A stretch of 63,577 nucleotides of DNA, filler included, from Squatina squatina (lineage: Eukaryota): assembly GCA_031763465.1 (NCBI GenBank). It is 4 parts of 3 records of this genome, joined end to end, with 100 filler letters (N's around TTAATTAATTAA, not from the genome) between each part and the next. Parts side by side here need not be neighbours in the genome. Positions count along the whole stretch, not along the records: positions 17,956 to 30,318 come from JARFOE010000046.1; positions 30,419 to 50,777 come from JARFOE010000121.1; 2 more parts are not named here. One strand, given 5' to 3'. Position 1 is the first letter of the stretch; the number at the start of each line of letters is the position of its first letter. The notes below the pieces were generated by a model that saw nothing but the letters and a program-made list of their open reading frames with translations, did not search any database and was not told where the DNA came from. Below are positions 24,937 through 37,818 of this stretch, piece by piece. A program made the translations under genes and the position numbers.

Positions 24937-25032
24937 CGTATCTTTATATATAGATACATCAATAGCACTTATTACAAACTTAATACAACTTGAAATAACT
25001 CGTCTTTTTAAATAATACATCTCTGCATTCTA

Positions 25033-25269
<237 letters not shown>

Positions 25270-26104
25270 CTATATCCGTAATCAAATCAGTACATTCTCC
25301 TCATCAGTCATTAGAAATGCGAGCAAGTCTGACTTTGCCAGACCTATTAAAGTAATATTGCAGCGACTAACCCTAGTGGATGGTGTGGTTCTCAAACAGA
25401 GACCCAGAGGGTCCCAGATTTAGCCGTTTATGTGTTCGTAGTTAGCTGATTTCTGTCAGGCATCAGTGATGCCCTAGCAGTCAAATAGCTTGCCAAATTT
25501 ACTACCGACGTTCACACTTGAAGAAAGGTCACTTAGGCAAGATAGTAGAGGGCTGTCAGTGCTGTACTCCAGCCTGAATCAGCAGCTTGAAGAAAGGGGG
25601 AAATTGAGACTGATCAAAAAAAGACACCTTTGAATAATTTGCTATTTTGATTTGGCACACATTTATGTGACTGTTGCATACTTGGAACTGAAGACAAGAC
25701 ACAAAATAATGTAAACTGTACAACACCAATCCATTAAGTCTGCTAACAAACTTTAACTAATTTAAGAGGATATTAATATTTTTGTGGCAAAGTGGTACAA
25801 ACTACTGCAGCACCAACATGTGATATTTGGGTGGCAGAATATATGATCACGCCTGTGATTCCCCACATCACTGAGATCTCAATCCCCACATCTCGTTACA
25901 GTGGAACTGCCAAGTAAGGTCAGAAAATTGGAGAAGTTATCACTTGGCTGCTTTTGCACACTCCAAGTAGTCAGCTCAGACTAGCATGAACTTTGTCTGG
26001 CAGTATATCACCCAACCACCCCCTCATCAAATCTTTGGCTTTCATAGAATATAACTTATTTCCTTTAAACACACAAGAACATTTTCTTTAAGTAAATTAG
26101 AAAG

Positions 26105-26416
26105 AAGTTGGTGACCAGAAGAAAATGGACATTAGTGGGAGTTGTATACAAACCCCCAAACAGTAGTGGTGAGGTTGGGGATGGCATTAAACAGGAAATT
26201 AGAGACGCATGTAATAAGGATACAGCTGTAATCATGGGTGACTTTAATCTACATATAGATTGGGCTAAGCAAATTAGTAATAATATTGTGGAAGAGGAAT
26301 TCCTGGAGTGTATACGGAATGGTTTTCTGGACCAATACATTGAGGAACCAACGAGAGAACAGGCCATCCTAGACTGGGCATTATGTAATGAGCAAGGATT
26401 AATTAGCAATCTTGTT
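26105..26416 (+). mobile_element. CR1 LINE APE endonuclease fragment
   Basis: Encodes LVGVVYKPPNS...VIMGDFNLHIDW...FLDQYIEEPTREQAILDW. Confidence 0.92.
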
Positions 26417-27468
26417 NNNNNNNNNNNNNNNNNNNNNNNNNNNNNNNNNNNNNNNNNNNNNNNNNNNNNNNNNNNNNNNNNNNNNNNNNNNNNNNNNNNN
26501 NNNNNNNNNNNNNNNNAGACTGGAACATCAGCAGTCTTTCAGAGGGGACCCCTGCAAATATCAACATCCATTTAAATCTGTATAGAGCAAGCAAACATTT
26601 CAGACTGAAAACTTAACTTGATGATCAGCTGAAATGACCTTCAAATTAAGTCAGACCCAACACTGGTCTCAAAGTCTGGATCTGCTTCCCCTGCTCCTAC
26701 CCATTATCAAAACATTATCACAATGTTTTATTTTTAAATCTTTTAAACCATTTTTCAAAGATCCTTACACCCCAGGTCAAGCAAAGTTACTTTTTTAAAT
26801 CTCTTATCCCAGTCAAACAATGGAGGCAATCATAGGGCTTTCGATATATAGGGCAGTGACCAAACTTCAAATTGGTTTGCAAAAATACCATTACAAATTA
26901 TGTATGCTTTTGCATTTCTTTATCAATCTGTCATGCTTATATTTTGAAAATTATTTTAAAAGTGGGCTTGTCTTCTTGAAAAAGTGTTTTGCAAAATCTT
27001 CGCATTAATTTCTTCACAAAGATATAACAACAAAACTCATGTTGGAACTTATTGTTAGAGAAAAATATAATGATAGCATCATGGTATAAAAGGCATAAGG
27101 CCTCAAAGCAAAAAGGTCACCTAAACACTTTTTGATGAAGCCAATGCCTCTTTATTGATGTAGGGTGGCAGTCTTTAAGAAACATTTCCATTAATTGCAT
27201 GTTTTGAAAAGACTTTTGTTAATGTTTTGAAAAACTTTGCTTTGCACCGTGGGAAGGATTTTTCAAAGCATGGTGCAGCCCACCCACAAGGACAGGTAAC
27301 GGTGAACTGGGTTGAATTATGGAAAAGTACTCACTGTCAACATTTAAAAATCTCCCAGTGAGAACTAAATAAAAATTACCATCACATTCAGCATCCAGAA
27401 TCTGCTATGCATTTCAAATTCCATAATGCTCTCAGCCAACGTTACCTGCAAAGTCACATTTCATTTAC

Positions 27469-27501
27469 CTAGGTCATCTTTTAGCTCAATTTCAGCACTG
27501 G
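27469..27501 (-). CDS. MACROH2A1: macroH2A1.2-type mutually exclusive exon, 3' part (5' part in gap)
   Basis: Encodes SAEIELKDDL(G), then CTAG|GTAAAT. Resembles macroH2A1.2 NADIDLKDDLG and lies upstream of the exon at 25055-25229 on the same strand. Confidence 0.82.
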
Positions 27502-29559
27502 NNNNNNNNNNNNNNNNNNNNNNNNNNNNNNNNNNNNNNNNNNNNNNNNNNNNNNNNNNNNNNNNNNNNNNNNNNNNNNNNNNNNNNNNNNNNNNNNNNN
27601 NNNNNNNNNNNNNNNNNNNNNNNNNNNNNNNNNNNNNNNNNNNNNNNNNNNNNNNNNNNNNNNNNNNNNNNNNNNNNNNNNNNNNNNNNNNNNNNNNNNN
27701 NNNNNNNNNNNNNNNNNNNNNNNNNNNNNNNNNNNNNNNNNNNNNNNNNNNNNNNNNNNNNNNNNNNNNNNNNNNNNNNNNNNNNNNNNNNNNNNNNNNN
27801 NNNNNNNNNNNNNNNNNNNNNNNNNNNNNNNNNNNNNNNNNNNNNNNNNNNNNNNNNNNNNNNNNNNNNNNNNNNNNNNNNNNNNNNNNNNNNNNNNNNN
27901 NNNNNNNNNNNNNNNNNNNNNNNNNNNNNNNNNNNNNNNNNNNNNNNNNNNNNNNNNNNNNNNNNNNNNNNNNNNNNNNNNNNNNNNNNNNNNNNNNNNN
28001 NNNNNNNNNNNNNNNNNNNNNNNNNNNNNNNNNNNNNNNNNNNNNNNNNNNNNNNNNNNNNNNCAGTAAGCAATGTGCAACCCAACTCATGGTTGTTATG
28101 AAGGGGCAGTATGTGGCTTTTATAATCCCCCTTCCCTGAATTCCTAATCTCAACAGTGTTGCTCTGGTACAACACTCAAGGATGCATAATTAACTAACAT
28201 TGGATGATTGTTGCAATTTTATGGAACAATTATCATATTTTTCATCCCTATGCTGACCATCAAATGCAACCCCCTCCCACAATTTTCCACCTCAAGCTAC
28301 CTTTGTGTTGTCTTTCAACCCTATGATCCTCTTCCATATGATCTGCCTCCATGAGTGTCTGCTGGTCCTGTTTTCATTAGGAGAGTCAGGGAAAGCCAAT
28401 AGGAAGTGGGGCAATACTAGCTTCCGCTGCCATACAAAACCTATCCCTTATATCGAGAACAGAAAAGGTGCTTATGGAGGCAGGACAGAATGGCAGACGT
28501 GTGGCAAGCAAACAGCCAGAACAGTCAGACAGGAGTTATGCAAGGGGCAAGGAGAGAGAAAGGAGAAAATTGCATATAAAAACAATTGTGGGGAGCAGGG
28601 TGTGTGAGAAGCAAAGAAGGAAACTGCAGAAGAGGGAGAAAAGAAACACAGAGAAGAACAGACTGGGAAAAGAAAAACAACAAGGAGTCAAGGACTGGGA
28701 AAGGAGAAGCAACTTGAGCTAGGATATAAAATTGTGTATGCACATGAGTTAAAACATGGAATGCAATAGAAACCAATTCCTTGTTCTTTTTATGATGTCT
28801 TATGTTTTGGTGCAGTAATGCTGGTGTATGTAAAGGAAAAGCTAAGCAGAAAAGCTGGAGGAAAAATATAATCTACAGAAAAGAACATGGGAGCAGTGCT
28901 ATTACTAATATATTTATGGAGGGTACTTTAATACTCCACACTTATCACCTGAGGTGACTTTAATCTCTGACCACAGGAGGAGGGAAATGAGAGAAAAATG
29001 TTCAGCAGGGGATCCACTGGAGTCTCCTAGCAGCACTTGTGTGGACCGGGGTAGGTTGCCCGCCCAATTTCTCAGCCACATGAAATACATGGCCTGGGAG
29101 TAAAAAAGGTTCACGTATTAAAAAAAAAAAAATTTTTTTTTTTTTTGAAAAGCACACTGCGGCCTTTGCATTTTATAGTATTGATGCTGGTACGTCTTGG
29201 TTTTTCAATCGTAGCACCAATGGTAACTTATTAAAATGAGTGGGCTACAGTCAGCTGTGCGATCAAAAACCCTAGGCTTGTGTCAATGGGAGGACTAATA
29301 AGCCCATTGTGCAGTAGCTAACCAAACTGCCTAAAAAGGTACAGTGACAAGCATTATATAAGCAGCTGCCAAATCAATACCTTTTCAAAGTCTCAGTCCT
29401 TCTAGTTGTCTTTCACTTCAGTAAACCTTTCACCATACATTGGCAGTCATTATTGTAATTGAAATGTGATTAACTTCAGTGCTAAAGATTGAAACATTTT
29501 GCCGTTTGTTGTTAAAAAGGAAATCTGCTAAAGAAGTATCTTTCTTATTTTCAGTTAAA

Positions 29560-30110
29560 CTGCATGGGAGGAGGGCATTCTTTTAATGATGGATGCCATT
29601 ACCACATAGGAGACAACTGGAGAATATTAAGTGGTATGGAATTAGTGGGAGGATAACAAACCAAATTAAGAATTGATTCAAAAGGAGCAAACAGACAGTG
29701 GGAGTTAAGGGCAGGCTTTCAGAATGGTTGGCAGTGGGTAATGGTGTCCCACAGGGCTCAGTTCTGGGTCACTTCTGCTCAATGATTTGGATATAGATCT
29801 AGAGGGGTTGTTGTTGAAATTTGCAGATGATACCAAAATTGGAGGGATAGTTATTTCTTTAGAAGATTGGAAGGAAGCTGAAAAGGACATTGATAAGATT
29901 GAGAATGGGCTAAAAAGTGGCAGATGGAATTCAATGTCAATAAGAATGTCAATAAGAATGAGCTGTTACAGTTTGGTAAAAAAAAAATAGCGGGAGTAAT
30001 TATACTCTGAATGGAAGTGGGATTGGTCCTGTGGAAAAAGGAGGATTTTGGGGGTGCCAGTTCATAGGACATTGAAGGCAACATCTCAGGTTGGTAAATA
30101 AAAGCCAATT
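29560..30110 (+). mobile_element. CR1 LINE RT fragment
   Basis: Encodes NGVPQGSVLG and LKFADDTKIGG. Confidence 0.88.
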
Positions 30111-30318
30111 GAATTTCTGTGAAGGCAGAGGGGCGCTGTGAAGGCTGACAATATTGTACAGATGTACATTTTGAATATACAAACACTTACAAACCTCTCA
30201 GAAGGTGCTGCCACTTTAACATTCAAACTCAAAGCTCTTTCTATTACTGACTGGGCTCCCAGTGGAACGTTTTCACAGGAGAGTTGGTTTGACAGCCCAG
30301 CCTCCCTTCTACAACGAA

Positions 30319-30418
30319 NNNNNNNNNNNNNNNNNNNNNNNNNNNNNNNNNNNNNNNNNNNNTTAATTAATTAANNNNNNNNNNNNNNNNNNNNNNNNNN
30401 NNNNNNNNNNNNNNNNNN
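30319..30418. other. Artificial scaffold linker
   Basis: N44-TTAATTAATTAA-N44. Confidence 0.97.
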
Positions 30419-31320
30419 GTAGCCAGAGCTCCAGAAGGTAGCATTGGTCTCCTAAGAGCCAATTGTGCACATTTCTTTCCAGCTCAAATAATCCTGGTAG
30501 AGTGTGCCACCTTAAAGTGAAGGCAGTCTGACTACTGCCTGGAAAATGTGCATTTGCACAATCATGTCTTGATGATCTCAGATGATTTTCACATTAATGA
30601 AGTGGAAGCCCTTGTGATTCATAAAGGTCAGGGGCCCATAGTGCCACGTGAGTGCCAGTAATGCATTGGACATTGAAAATTCCTGGCATCTGGAAAATTC
30701 CACTGCTCTATCATTTTGTTTCTGGGTACCCATAGGGNNNNNNNNNNGACTTGCTTACTTCAGTATATTGCTCGATACATTGATGAGCTGTGCATTGGCT
30801 GATGTTGCTCATGCCCCCCTTTGTCATCTTAGAATGGGCTTGAAGCATATAAGGGGCACAGTTTGGCAGGAGGTCACTTTCCAGGAGTTGTAAAGTTCTA
30901 GCACTGTCTCTTGAGTCAAGCATAACCTACGAAGACACACTTGCTCTGACATGCCAAGGGAGGTGTGAATCTGTGTCTAGATATGGGTTTGGAGTTAATG
31001 GTAGTTGAGGCAGTCCTGTTTCAGAGCAACTTCACTGACTTCATATCCCTCCTTTCACCCTCTTCATCTTTCAAAATGCATAATAATAATGGGATTCGCA
31101 ATGGATGGCCAGTAGTAAATTATAGATGATGCAACCAAAAATATCTTAAACCTCAAAAAATAAATCAGGCAACTAAAAAAAAGCTTTGAAAACAACCTGC
31201 ACTCCAAATCTCCAGTAAAATTGCACAATCGCTTGGCTTCTTCTCTGGGTAACATGGAGACGAATGCCAAGAGTAATTCAAGGCCCTTTGGGTTTGGATG
31301 ATTTGAAAATTGCAGGACCC

Positions 31321-31460
31321 TGTTCTACTGAGAGTTCATCGACCTGAAATGTTAACTCTGCTTCTTCCTCCACAGGTGGTGCCTGAGCGGCCGAGTGTTT
31401 TCCAGCATTTCTGTTTTTATTCCAGATTTCCAGCATCCGTAGTACTTTGCTTTTGTTTTC
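31321..31460 (+). mobile_element. Penelope-type terminal repeat fragment
   Basis: 'catcgacctgaaatgttaactctg...ccagcatttctgtttttattccagatttccagcatccg'. Confidence 0.6.
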
Positions 31461-32397
31461 CCTTTAAACGCTGCTTCCTGTCAACCCAGAATAGGCGGCT
31501 GCCTCCAAGGCTCCTCATACAGTGGAAAAATTAACACCCAGCGCTTTCCCAGTGAGAAGCATTGGGAAATCATGCCAGTGTTAATTGTAAAATCATTTCA
31601 GTGTACCAACATATGAGAATGAAGCTGTAGGCTGTTTTCAGCCTTAGGGCCATTTATATAAACAAGTTAACACACACATGTAAAAATAGCCCACCCAGAA
31701 ATGTAGAACAGGCCCATTAAGCATTCACATACTGCCAGTTAAAGTGCAGCTTAGTAACAATGTGTACCAGTCCTGGGACACATTAGCAACTGGCCTAAAT
31801 ATAAACAAGATTTTTTTTCTTGGCAAACAGCTTTTCCTTAGCAAAACAAATCTGCACAGGAAGAAACTATAAATATGGAGCAACATTGAAACCACACTGC
31901 CAGTCATTTATAGAATGTTGTATTTTTATTTGTGCCACATCACGTGACATCTTCTCTGGAGTTTTTTTTTACAATATTTCAAGAAGATAATCTCATTGTG
32001 GCACTTTAAGGAAAAGGAACGGCTCAAAGTTAAGCCACTGGAATACTTCATTGTCTGCACATCAAAGTACATTGCAATTAAAATAATAAAATAAATGGAT
32101 GTAAATATTCAATTTATTTTGTGGAATGAAAAACGTTAGTTATGATGTGCGGGAAAAACAAGAGCTGAATGATTGTGTGATGAGGATAAATTCTGTGCGT
32201 AATCACTGTTGTCTCGAGACATGGGGAGCATGTTGGTACTGATGTGTTCCTTCAGTGATGTGCTTGTTCCAAATTTACATTGCAAAGCAGCTGGTGTNNN
32301 NNNNNNNNNNNNNNNNNNNNNNNNNNNNNNNNNNNNNNNNNNNNNNNNNNNNNNNNNNNNNNNNNNNNNNNNNNNNNNNNNNNNNNNNNNNNNNNNN

Positions 32398-33372
32398 AGG
32401 CTCGAAGGGCTGAATGGCCTACTCCTGCACCTATTTTCTATGTTTCCATGTTTCTATACTTAAAAAGGGACATAGAACAAGTCCAGGGAAGTATAGAACA
32501 ATTTGCTTAACATCGGTGGTCGGAAAAATAATTGAATCCTTATTCAAAGATGCAATAGAAAAACACCTAGAAACTGAAAATATTAATAAAGAGTAGTCAG
32601 CATGGATTCCAAAAAGGAAGGTCATGCGTGACCAACCTTATTGAATTATTTCAAGTAACAGATAGGGTAAATAAGGGTAATGCAGTAGACGCAATATATT
32701 TGCATTTCCAAATGGTCTTCGATAATAATAGACTCCTGGCTAAGATCAGAGCATGTGGAGTCAGGGGACAAGTAGCAGAATGGGTAACAAGCTGACCACA
32801 AAACAGAAATGAGAGTAGGGTTTAAAGGTAGTTACTCAGACTGGCAAAAGGTGGAGTTCCACAAGGATCAGTGCTGGGACCAATGTTGCTCACTAGTCAC
32901 ATAAACAACTTGGACTCGTGAATCAATAGTACAATTTCAAAATTTGCAGCCAACACCAAGTTTTGGGGGGAGGGGCGGGGTGTGTAGTTAATACTCAGGA
33001 CTGTGACAAAATACAGGAAGGCATTAAAAAACTTGCAGAATGGGCATGTTATAGGCAAATGAACTTCAATGTAGATAAATGTGATGTGGTTCATTTTGGT
33101 AAGAAGAAATAAGTGTCTAAATGGGGTAGAGGAGCTGAGGGCTCTGGAATGCAGATACACCAATTGCTAAAAGTAGCGACGCAGGTTAATGAGGCCATAG
33201 AAAAAGCAAACAAAGCACTGGGGTTCATTTCTAGAGGGATAGAACCGAGAAGCAGAGAAGTCATGTCAAACTTATATGGGATCGTGGGTAGACCACACCT
33301 GGAGTACTGTGAACAGTTTTAGTTTCCATATTATAAAAAGGATATAGAGGCACAGGAGAAGGTGCTAAAAAN
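32398..33372 (+). mobile_element. CR1 3' tail followed by a CR1 RT fragment
   Basis: Tail with TTTCTATG-like units (32398-32457), then PGKYRTICLTSVVGKIIES, GVPQGSVLGP and VGRPHLEYCEQF. Confidence 0.9.
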
Positions 33373-34156
33373 NNNNNNNNNNNNNNNNNNNNNNNNNNNN
33401 NNNNNNNNNNNNNNNNNNNNNNNNNNNNNNNNNNNNNNNNNNNNNNNNNNNNNNNNNNNNNNNNNNNNNNNCGGCCACATAGGGTTTTCCATCAATTAAT
33501 GGCTCCATTTTTCAGTACTGTGGTGATAAGTGACTGTTGAATTTATTTTTTGAGTTTCCCATACTAAGTGGAAGCAATTGACCTCACTTGGCACTTCTCT
33601 CTGCTGGTGTTGCAGACTTTCAGAAATTATTGCTATGACCCTCCAAAACAGTACAATTGATGACTCTTGATTATACAGTCTGTAACAATTTTAAACTTGG
33701 ACTTAAAAGCATTCATGAAATGAAAAAGATAATACACCAACCTATCAATACTGTTATTCTTGAAGAAAGACCTTTGTAACCTAATGGCTCCAGATTCACC
33801 CAAGATATAAATGAGCTATTTCATTGATTTTGAGACATGTGATTTAAAAGTGGAACAGTGTGGAAGGGCAAATCGTGAGACGTTCAGTGTTCTCCAAACA
33901 AGCACCAATAGTGCATCAGATGTGTCTTGGGACACAAAATTGTGGCTTCCTTTACTAATGCCTGTTGGAAATGGCAGTCTCTTAAATAAGTTCACATTAT
34001 TGTAAAGTAAATTACTCCCAAGTTGCCTTTTTAGATTTATTGTATTGTATACTATGAATACGCAATTGCTCACAATAGAACATAGAACATACAGCACACA
34101 ATGTCAGTATATTATCTGTAATTGTTATGAATTGTTTAATTCTCAATAATGTGCAG

Positions 34157-34354
34157 TGGGACCCAATGATCACTACTCTACCTGGTCTCTATCTGGTGTC
34201 TACTGGGATAATCAAGCCAGTGTCATGGCTGCTGAGCTGGACAGGAACTGTGGTATGTTCCACGGGAATGCTACGATTCATTAACCTGCTGTTCAGTACT
34301 GGGAACCTCTACTTACTTTATCTGCTTTTGTGCAAGATACACCAGAAGGACAAG
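34157..34354 (+). CDS. ALG10: Dol-P-Glc alpha-1,2-glucosyltransferase ALG10, exon 2
   Basis: 198-nt AG/GT exon encoding WDPMITTLPGLYLVSTGIIKPVSW...CSTGMLRFINLLFSTGNLYLLYLLLCKIHQKDK. Confidence 0.95.
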
Positions 34355-35863
34355 GTACACAAGTTCCTTTTCATTTTTTTAACACCAAAATAATAATAGA
34401 GAATGCTTGGTGCACTTAAAATAGAAATTCCTACAATTAAAGCTGTTGGCTCCTGTTGTATGAAGTACTACTTTAATCTTGGTGATTAGATAAACTACAA
34501 AAACACTGCTGGTTTTTGACTTCATCTAAATAATCATAAACAACAATCTCAATCTTTTAGTCAGGCAAACAACCTATTTGCACGTTGACAAGAATGCTGC
34601 TGTCCAGTAGACGTACCCAATATGATGCATCATTTTTGCACTCATTTAATTACTTTTAAAAGGGGCACTTACCTACATATTTGATGTGAGATCACAACTA
34701 AACATATTAAAATATGAAATGTTAACACTATTTAACAATGCCCATGCAGGAAATGAGGGTTAGACACAACTATGGTGGGACAGGGAATTGGTCACATATA
34801 GCACGGCAAAGTAGCACATTCAATATTGATGCAAAACACTCAAATTTCTCACATCAAGTGCTCATTGTTTTTTTTTAAGAGCAGAATTCTTTCAAAATAT
34901 TGTAGGATGAGTNNNNNNNNNNNNNNNNNNNNNNNNNNNNNNNNNNNNNNNNNNNNNNNNNNNNNNNNNNNNNNNNNNNNNNNNNNNNNNNNNNNNNNNN
35001 NNNNNNNNNNNNNNNNNNNNNNNNNNNNNNNNNNNNNNNNNNNNNNNNNNNNNNNNNNNNNNNNNNNNNNNNNNNNNNNNNNNNNNNNNNNNNNNNNNNN
35101 NNNNNNNNNNNNNNNNNNNNNNNNNNNNNNNNNNNNNNNNNNNNNNNNNNNNNNNNNNNNNNNNNNNNNNNNNNNNNNNNNNNNNNNNNNNNNNNNNNNN
35201 NNNNNNNNNNNNNNNNNNNNNNNNNNNNNNNNNNNNNNNNNNNNNNNNNNNNNNNNNNNNNNNNNNNNNNNNNNNNNNNNNNNNNNNNNNNNNNNNNNNN
35301 NNNNNNNNNNNNNNNNNNNNNNNNNNNNNNNNNNNNNNNNNNNNNNNNNNNNNNNNNNNNNNNNNNNNNNNNNNNNNNNNNNNNNNNNNNNNNNNNNNNN
35401 NNNNNNNNNNNNNNNNNNNNNNNNNNNNNNNNNNNNNNNNNNNNNNNNNNNNNNNNNNNNNNNNNNNNNNNNNNNNNNNNNNNNNNNNNNNNNNNNNNNN
35501 NNNNNNNNNNNNNNNNNNNNNNNNNNNNNNNNNNNNNNNNNNNNNNNNNNNNNNNNNNNNNNNNNNNNNNNNNNNNNNNNNNNNNNNNNNNNNNNNNNNN
35601 NNNNNNNNNNNNNNNNNNNNNNNNNNNNNNNNNNNNNNNNNNNNNNNNNNNNNNNNNNNNNNNNNNNNNNNNNNNNNNNNNNNNNNNNNNNNNNNNNNNN
35701 NNNNNNNNNNNNNNNNNNNNNNNNNNNNNNNNNNNNNNNNNNNNNNNNNNNNNNNNNNNNNNNNNNNNNNNNNNNNNNNNNNNNNNNNNNNNNNNNNNNN
35801 NNNNNNNNNNNNNNNNNNNNNNNNNNNNNNNNNNNNNNNNNNNNNNNNNNNNNNNNNNNNNNN

Positions 35864-36325
35864 TCCTCGCCTCTGAACGAAGACGCTACTTACCTGAAAT
35901 CTTTGGGTGCTAGCCCTCCAACCAGGCGCGAAAGAATTTCATCCCCCAAGAGTCTCTGGGTTTGTAAATTGAGCAGTTGTAAAGTGGGAGGTTTTATACT
36001 AGTTTTCAAGGTGTCAGCAATCAGCTGCTTCAATGGCCACTCAACCTCCACCTCAGATGAACAGATGGGGTCCAGGAGCAGAATGAAAGCCGTGGGCGAT
36101 CTGTTAAATTTAAAAAGTGAGTAAAAATTCACTGTTAAGGGCTTCTAAACAAGCCAATAATTGCTTAAATTGTCTCCCCCGCTGCTGTCGATCAGGTCTG
36201 TTCAGCGCAGGCAGCCCCGAAATTGGGAAATTGGAAAGTGGTTCCCGCCCCGCTGTCAATCATTGTCAATTTCACTTCCTACCCCCCACCAATCCTGACC
36301 GCTGAGCGCCAGCAAAATTGCGACC
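35864..36325. mobile_element. Probable MITE, right part
   Basis: Ends 'cagcaaaattgcgacc', a diverged version of the shared ...AAATT..GCCC terminus. Confidence 0.45.
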
Positions 36326-36464
36326 AATAACTTGACTCACAAAAGTTGTTAGCTGCAATATTTTCTTTCTCCCATTATGACATAGCTATTGTAATTTGCA
36401 CCTCTCACTTTTCATATCTAACACTTTAATTCATATGAATAAATGATTAATAGTCACGCTTTAC

Positions 36465-36575
36465 CTTCGTGCTCTTGAAGTCACGAAACTTCTTCTGGAT
36501 CCTCAGTTAGATGCTCTCAGTGACTGAGACAGCATTGACCCTATTTGGGACATACTGCAACACTCCCTGCCTTGT
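36465..36575 (-). pseudogene. Decayed Myb/SANT-like (Harbinger DNA-binding protein) exon remnant
   Basis: Reads RVNAVSVTESI*LRIQKKFRDFKSTK, then |GTAAAG. Resembles the Myb_DNA-bind_5 pattern (VNAVS..RT..Q..KKF.D.K) and has an in-frame stop. Confidence 0.45.
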
Positions 36576-37344
36576 TTGCTTGCTGGGAGCATTCCTCTCA
36601 GCCAAAAATATGGGAATATTGCTTCATTACATCACATTCTCATAAATTATAAATTTGAAGACCACACATTCATGTGATGTAAGCAGTTTCTTTATTTTCG
36701 AGAAAAACATACTTTTTTATTGTTTCTAGTGAAAGAAAGTTGGGGTTTAGCTTGCTGAAAACATTCTGCCCTTATTCCAAGCCACAGTTTATGCTTAAAT
36801 CCTTTTTTATTCTTTCAGAGCATTCTATACTATGATATGAGAGAAATTTGCAAATGGAGTGAATAGTATTAACGAATAAATGTTAATACTATTTACATTA
36901 TACTCTATCCTCGATTTTACTTTTTACTTAATCTGTACCATCCATTACATTTTTCAGAGAGCTTCATTTTTCCATTTTAATTTATGATTTATTCCTGTAT
37001 TGAATTAATAATGCAATAGACTTTCAGATTGCTCCAGTTCTGTAGTCAAATAATAATATAGCTTTTGGGTTTAAAGATTCTTCATTCTGTAAATGTGTGA
37101 TAATGGTTACTGTTTATTAGAGCATTATGGGTAGAAATAGCCAGGCTAATGTACTGTAAGTAATCCAGTTAAGTGATGTCATTTTTATTGAAGAACTTGG
37201 AGGAAATAGTGGCAGAACTGAAACAAGGTGATTAATACTATAGTAATTACTGAAACAAGAACCACTTTGTGATCTATCATTAGGTACATTAGCAGATAAC
37301 AGCTAACATTGTGTTCATATTGGCCTTCCTATCAGGTATAGAAG

Positions 37345-37818
37345 ATCATTTTGGTTGTGGGTTTTCTGCTATTTGTCTTCCTGAATGGAGGGATAGTTGT
37401 TGGCGACAGAAGCAACCATGAGATCTCTCTGAACTTTCCTCAGTTATTCTACTTCTTCTCCTTTACCCTTGTATTCTCTGTTTCTCACCTGCTTTCCCCT
37501 TATAAGATCCTTTCCTTCCTGGATTCAGTAAAGAAACACCCATTATTTTACACCGGTCTTGCAATTATCTCCCTGTTATTGGTTTGGAAGTTCACTTATG
37601 TCCATAAGTTCTTGGTGGCAGACAACAGACACTACACGTTTTATGTTTGGAAAAATATCTTTCAGAAGCATGAACTGATTAAGTATGTGTTGGTCCCAGG
37701 GTACATCTTTGCTGCTTGGACATTCATCGAAGCATTGAAGTCCAAATCAATATTCTGGAACTTAGTATTTTTTATCTGTTTGGCTGCTGCCACCATTCCA
37801 CAAAAATTATTGGAGTTT
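37345..37818 (+). CDS. ALG10: ALG10, C-terminal coding portion (partial)
   Basis: Encodes NGGIVVGDRSNHE..NFPQLFYF, FTYVHKFLVADNRHYTFYVWK and IPQKLLEF. The 3' end is in a gap and the 5' boundary is uncertain. Confidence 0.93.

Noticed and set aside
24284-25020. Several 95-135 aa ORFs and a CpG-island appearance
   Set aside because: They lie within a TIR-bounded GC-rich MITE and show no transposase motifs.
28468-28722. K/E/R-rich ORF
   Set aside because: Purine-rich low-complexity sequence with no splice support.
29933-29960. 12-bp tandem duplication aatgtcaataag
   Set aside because: Local slippage in a dead CR1.
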